Assembly: GCA_965602015.1 (NCBI GenBank)
Contig: OZ271918.1
Coordinates: forward strand, 2,528,001-2,592,000
DNA: 64,000 bases
DNA from: Salinispira sp.
GTDB taxonomy: Bacteria > Spirochaetota > Spirochaetia > DSM-27196 > Salinispiraceae
Reading direction: 5' to 3'
Of the stretch, positions 59,735-64,000 are shown piece after piece. Position numbers and translations under genes: made by a program. The notes under the pieces were generated by a model. It ran no database searches. It was not told the DNA's origin and worked only from the letters and a program-made list of their open reading frames with translations. Position 1 is the first letter of the stretch. Each line of letters starts with the position of its first letter.

Positions 59735-59876
59735 GGACCCGGTAGGACTTGAAGCGTAGGCCCCGGCGCGAATACCTGGAGCGCGAAAAGCCATGGATGG
59801 CTTTTCAGGGGCCGGAGACGGCCCGGCGGAGCGAGGCACGAGGCCGAGCGACAGAGGGCCAAGTCCTACTGGGCCC
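59735..59876. repeat. Structured element bounded by inverted copies of the tRNA 3' end
   Basis: 59860-59876 = tRNA 59665-59681 (17/17); 59735-59753 = reverse complement of tRNA 3' end (17/19). Confidence 0.85.
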
Positions 59877-60030
59877 CTCTGAAAACCCTACAAGGATTTT
59901 TCTTTACGCTTTTCGGCGCTTCCGATTTATAAAATCTCATAGCACGTTTTGGAAGCTTCACATACCCATGGTTCGATATACTTAAAAAAAATTGATGGTA
60001 CTATCTAATCTAATTTGGGGTGTTACTGAG

Positions 60031-60578
60031 TTGCATTTTTCCATTAAATCTCTTTTATCGTTTTTTACCGGAATGTACATGCTCTTGATAACTGCATGTA
60101 CCAGTCTGGCACCACCCATTACTGAATCAGTTGGATATGACCTGACCGTTGCTGAGTGGCCTGTGCAGAAATTGACTGAGGCAAGAACCTTTCTTGAAGA
60201 AGAACGTCGAGGCATTACTGCTTCGGTAGTAAACACCTCTGAGGGTACTATACTCAGCTGGGGCGATTACACCACTCCCACAAATCTTCAATGCTGTATT
60301 CCAATGCTGACGACCACACCGGCTTTGGGTATATGTGGTGGATGCTCAGGAATACTGATGGTGTGTACATAGCCAGCGGTTGGGGAGGCCAAAGGCTGAT
60401 TGTTGATCAGCGGAATAATCTGGTTTTCGTAACCATGAACAACACTGGAACATCAGTTCTGAGTCATGTGATCTTCCGGCTCTTGGGTACAGCCGGAACG
60501 ACGAGTGAAACACTTTCTCTTCATAATTTGCTAGTTGAAGGCATTCCAGGTTTCCAAAGCCTAAATATAGAGAAGTGA
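60031..60578 (+). pseudogene. Internally deleted, frameshifted serine hydrolase (beta-lactamase-like) lipoprotein
   Basis: Lipobox ITAC and WGD..PTN N-terminus jump near 60290 into another frame with GYMWW..YIASGWGGQ..LV.V C-terminus; SxxK core absent. Confidence 0.7.
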
Positions 60579-60825
60579 AGATCCAATCAGGGGAATCTAT
60601 CTTACTCTGAGATGATTACCGGGGTATCCTAAGACATGGCATAAACGCTTAATTGGACCAGTATGAAAACATGGTAACACTGTCACAATATCGAAGCCTA
60701 TACATTTCATACCCATAATAATCGGACCTCCACGAAGAAATCGATATCGACCAGCGTCGTTGAATTAGTTCACTAACCGGCTATGGAAGGCCGCTTCCAA
60801 ACCACGGGGCAGATATTCTTGATCC

Positions 60826-60862
60826 ATGACATTTGTCATAAGCAGAGCATGACACTTTTCAC
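60826..60862. promoter_or_regulatory. Paired TGACA-N2-TGTCA-type boxes upstream of ABC exporter
   Basis: ATGACATTTGTCAT (60826) and ATGACACTTTTCAC (60849), 23-bp period. Confidence 0.65.
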
Positions 60863-60919
60863 AATAGCGTGTTTCTAGGAATGGCTATAGCTTGTCAGAG
60901 AATCAAAGAGGAGATGAGT

Positions 60920-61852
60920 ATGGTTGTGCAATTGGAAGGATTGGTAAAGCGCTATGCTGATATTGTAGCAATAGACAATGCCGAGATCAGTATCGAGACG
61001 GGTGAGATACTGGGTCTTCTCGGCCCTAACGGTGCGGGCAAAACCACAGCGATAAACGTAATCAACGGATTAACCACGTTCGATTCCGGAACGGTTCGGC
61101 TATTCGGCAAAATTCCTTCGAAGAATGACCATGCCCTCCGTGCCCGCATCGGTGTGGTGCCCCAGGAGATAGCGGTTTTCGAGGATCTTACCGCGGTGGA
61201 AAATATTTCGTATTTTGCCCAACTCTATGGTGTTCGAAGACCGAGGCTCAGCGAGGCTATTGACTTTGCATTGGAGTTTACCGGTCTGACGGAACGACGC
61301 AATCAAAAGCCGGAAAGTTTTTCAGGTGGCATGAAGCGTCGGCTGAACATCGCCTGCGCGATCGCCCACCGCCCGGAACTTGTGATAATGGACGAGCCCA
61401 CGGTCGGCATCGACCCCCAGTCGAGAAATCATATACTCGAGTCGGTGCGAGCCCTTAATGCAGCCGGAACTACAATCATATACACCTCGCATTATATGGA
61501 AGAGGTCGATGCGGTTTGCACGAGGGTTATCATTATGGATCGTGGGCGGGTAATCGCATCCGGTACACAAAACGAGCTCAAGCGGCTTGTTTCGGATAAT
61601 GAAGTAATCGATCTCGAACTTGAGCACATATCCCCCTCTGCAACTGATGCTGCTCGTTCGCTCTCAGGTGTGCTGTCTTGTTCAACCAGCGGCACCCACC
61701 TGCGGATAACCGCTCAACGCTCTGAAGTGCGGCTTGGCAGGCTGATCCAAAAGGTCACGGAAGCCGGAAGCGAAGTACTTTCCGCCAATGTGGAACGGCC
61801 AACTCTTGAGGGAGTATTTCTCACGCTGACCGGTCGAACTCTTCGGGAATAG
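60920..61852 (+). CDS. ABC-2 exporter ATP-binding subunit (LnrL/YfiL-like)
   Basis: [42 protein letters not shown]. Confidence 0.93.
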   Translation: MVVQLEGLVKRYADIVAIDNAEISIETGEILGLLGPNGAGKTTAINVINGLTTFDSGTVRLFGKIPSKNDHALRARIGVVPQEIAVFEDLTAVENISYFAQLYGVRRPRLSEAIDFALEFTGLTERRNQKPESFSGGMKRRLNIACAIAHRPELVIMDEPTVGIDPQSRNHILESVRALNAAGTTIIYTSHYMEEVDAVCTRVIIMDRGRVIASGTQNELKRLVSDNEVIDLELEHISPSATDAARSLSGVLSCSTSGTHLRITAQRSEVRLGRLIQKVTEAGSEVLSANVERPTLEGVFLTLTGRTLRE

Positions 61853-61860
61853 GGGAAAAA

Positions 61861-62979
61861 ATGAGAAACGCACTGACGGTACTACGTTACACGCTGTTAC
61901 GGAACATTCGCGATGTTCCGAGCCTGATCGAAATGATAATTATTCCTATCGTGATGGTACTCGTTCTCGGCAGCATCCTCGGCGGAAACTTCGAAGCAAC
62001 AGACATCCCTTCGACCCCAGTGGCCTACTTCGGTGATGCGGGCGACGAAGGCGTTGATTCGCTGGCAGCCTTCCTCTCAAGTTCGGCTGTTTCGAACTAC
62101 CTGGAGGTCACCCCGGTGTTCAGTGAGCAACGGGCATATGAACTTCTCAGAACCGGTGAAGTGGATGCAGCCATTTTGCGCAATTCAGCCGAACCAGAGA
62201 ATATTACCATCGCGAAAGGCGCAGTCAACCCTACCAGACTACAGATTGTCCGCTCACTCCTCGATGCATACGCTCGGGGTGGTGACGTGGCGCGGGTTCT
62301 CGGCGCGCTTGGGCATAGCACCCCCCCATATACCCCTCGTTCGGCGCGATTCGAACGCCAAATAGTAAGCCGAGACGGACAGGTGCCCGGGGCATTCGAC
62401 TTCTATGCTGTATCGATGCTCGTTATGTTTGTGAGTTACATAGCGCAGTATGCCGCACAAGGGGTTCGTGAAGATTTTCTGGATCCTATAGGAGCGAGAG
62501 CTCGAACAACGGCCGCACCATGGAGTGCCCAAGTTGCCGGTAAGCTCTCTGCCCATGTGGTCAGCGGACTTCTTCAAGCGGCGATTATTATTGCAGCGAC
62601 CGGCATTGCATTCGATGCGAATTGGGGCTCCCGTCCGCTCCTGCTGGCAGCCCTGATCTTTGCCCTTAGTATCTTCGTAGCGGCACTGGGAGCCTTCGTG
62701 CTCTCGATAACACGAGAGGGACCAAAGTCCGATGGGATACTCAATATGATAATAATCGCATCAATGGTGCTATCCGGCGGCGGAGCGCCGTTCTCAGCAA
62801 CAAGCCCCGGGTTTCGGGCATTCCAGGAGGTGCTACCCCACTTCCAGGGTCAACGGGCGCTCCTGGCTGCCATTTATGGCGGCCACCCGGAAGCAATCGC
62901 ATCTGCGTTATTCTATTTCTTAGGCGGCGCCGGACTGCTGCTCATCGCTACGTCAGTTTTTACCAGGAGGACGCTGTGA
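61861..62979 (+). CDS. ABC-2 exporter permease
   Basis: 1+5 TM topology, downstream of ATPase. Confidence 0.88.
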   Translation: MRNALTVLRYTLLRNIRDVPSLIEMIIIPIVMVLVLGSILGGNFEATDIPSTPVAYFGDAGDEGVDSLAAFLSSSAVSNYLEVTPVFSEQRAYELLRTGEVDAAILRNSAEPENITIAKGAVNPTRLQIVRSLLDAYARGGDVARVLGALGHSTPPYTPRSARFERQIVSRDGQVPGAFDFYAVSMLVMFVSYIAQYAAQGVREDFLDPIGARARTTAAPWSAQVAGKLSAHVVSGLLQAAIIIAATGIAFDANWGSRPLLLAALIFALSIFVAALGAFVLSITREGPKSDGILNMIIIASMVLSGGGAPFSATSPGFRAFQEVLPHFQGQRALLAAIYGGHPEAIASALFYFLGGAGLLLIATSVFTRRTL

Positions 62980-64000
62980 CAATTTTTTCCACATATGTTA
63001 AAAGAGTATACGCAAAGCCATGGATGATTCTTCTTACAGTCGCGGTACCAGCACTCATCGTCATCATCGCGAATATCAGCGCCGGCCCGTCAGGCTTACG
63101 GGTAGCGCTTTTTGACCAGGATGACAGTGTGCTTTCCCGGGCAGTTGTCCAGGCGATCGAACCAGTGTCCGTGTTTGTTGAGGTTGACCTATCCACCATC
63201 CAACGGGCCTTGTTCGAAGCCCGGATCGACTATGCATTGATTCTCCCGAAGGGCCTTCAAGAACAAGTCCTCCGCGGCGAACAAGCGGTGGTACAGAGCT
63301 ACTCGCTCCTCGGTATTGACAGTACTGGGGTCATCGAAGCGTCCGCCGACTCGGTCTTCTCAGCGGCCCACGCCATAGCCGCAGCAGCAAATGGCAGCTC
63401 TCGGGAGTTTGAGCAGTCACTCACCCGCATGATAGAGGGCAGAACTATAATAACCGTCGTTCCCGGACTTCCTGAGAGGCAGACCCTATCTACTGCAGCA
63501 GCGTCGGGCCTTGCGCAATTAGTGGCCCTTGTTACTGTTGCGATGTTCATCTCTTCATTCTTCCTCAGTCAGTACTTCCTCGAGGACCGGAAGGCAGGAG
63601 TTATTCACCGCACCCTCACCGGGCCGATATCCCTTGTGCGGTATATGTTTGAGACAAACGCAGCTTTCTTGCTGGTCACCGGGCTTCAGGCGACCGCAAC
63701 CGCAGCGACAGTATCAATAATACTCTATCGAGAGCTAACCCCGGCCACGGGGTTTCTCTTGGGACTTACCTTGCTTTTATGTGCCCTCGTCGCCGTATCC
63801 TTCGCTCTCGGGATCGTCGCTCTAAGCAAGACAATCCGGCGCTCTCAACTTCTCTACAATCTGATCTTATTGCCAATGGTATTCCTCGGCGGAGCATTCT
63901 GGCCGGTCGAGATTATGCCTCCGCTGTTCCAACGATTCTCCGCTTTCACCCCTATCAGGTGGACGGTAGACGCCACGGAGCAGATACTTCAAGGTGCAGG
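62976..64000 (+). CDS. Second ABC-2 permease, runs off window
   Basis: GTG overlapping previous TGA, RBS AGGAGG; ends ...LGGAFWPVEIMP..Q..S.FTP..W at window edge. Confidence 0.88.
   Translation, partial: MTIFSTYVKRVYAKPWMILLTVAVPALIVIIANISAGPSGLRVALFDQDDSVLSRAVVQAIEPVSVFVEVDLSTIQRALFEARIDYALILPKGLQEQVLRGEQAVVQSYSLLGIDSTGVIEASADSVFSAAHAIAAAANGSSREFEQSLTRMIEGRTIITVVPGLPERQTLSTAAASGLAQLVALVTVAMFISSFFLSQYFLEDRKAGVIHRTLTGPISLVRYMFETNAAFLLVTGLQATATAATVSIILYRELTPATGFLLGLTLLLCALVAVSFALGIVALSKTIRRSQLLYNLILLPMVFLGGAFWPVEIMPPLFQRFSAFTPIRWTVDATEQILQGA

Overview
GC-rich bacterial chromosome segment, most likely from a free-living spirochaete (Spirochaetaceae-like). This is inferred from the FlgD-Ig/OmpA repeat proteins, the many lipoproteins and the MCPs. 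It holds about 53 CDS, mostly housekeeping, signalling and envelope genes (2 MCPs, hybrid histidine kinase plus diguanylate cyclase, guaC, cmoAB, glnS, mnmD, MoxR-DUF58-transglutaminase, peptidases, transporters). It also holds a tRNA-Ile2(CAT), followed by a lower-GC stretch with a deleted serine hydrolase and an ABC-2 exporter. No CRISPR array or prophage was seen. Most interesting: (1) 32150-33694, a candidate one-component peptide/quorum-sensing module. It has twin dyad operators 44 bp apart, then a 201-aa protein with an isoprenoid-synthase-like Asp motif and a C-terminal WW (a possible ComQ-ComX-like fusion), then a multi-TM sensor fused to a LuxR HTH, with a low-GC patch across the signal/sensor junction. 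(2) An IS with AGTGCCCCCAAAACAGCTGAT ends, a cognate 146-bp MITE, and an orphan end fused to a cargo-like gene in the same stop-codon register. (3) A class III cyclase with both base-specificity residues charge-swapped. (4) A mini-element built from copies of the tRNA 3' end. (5) Many apparently leaderless genes.
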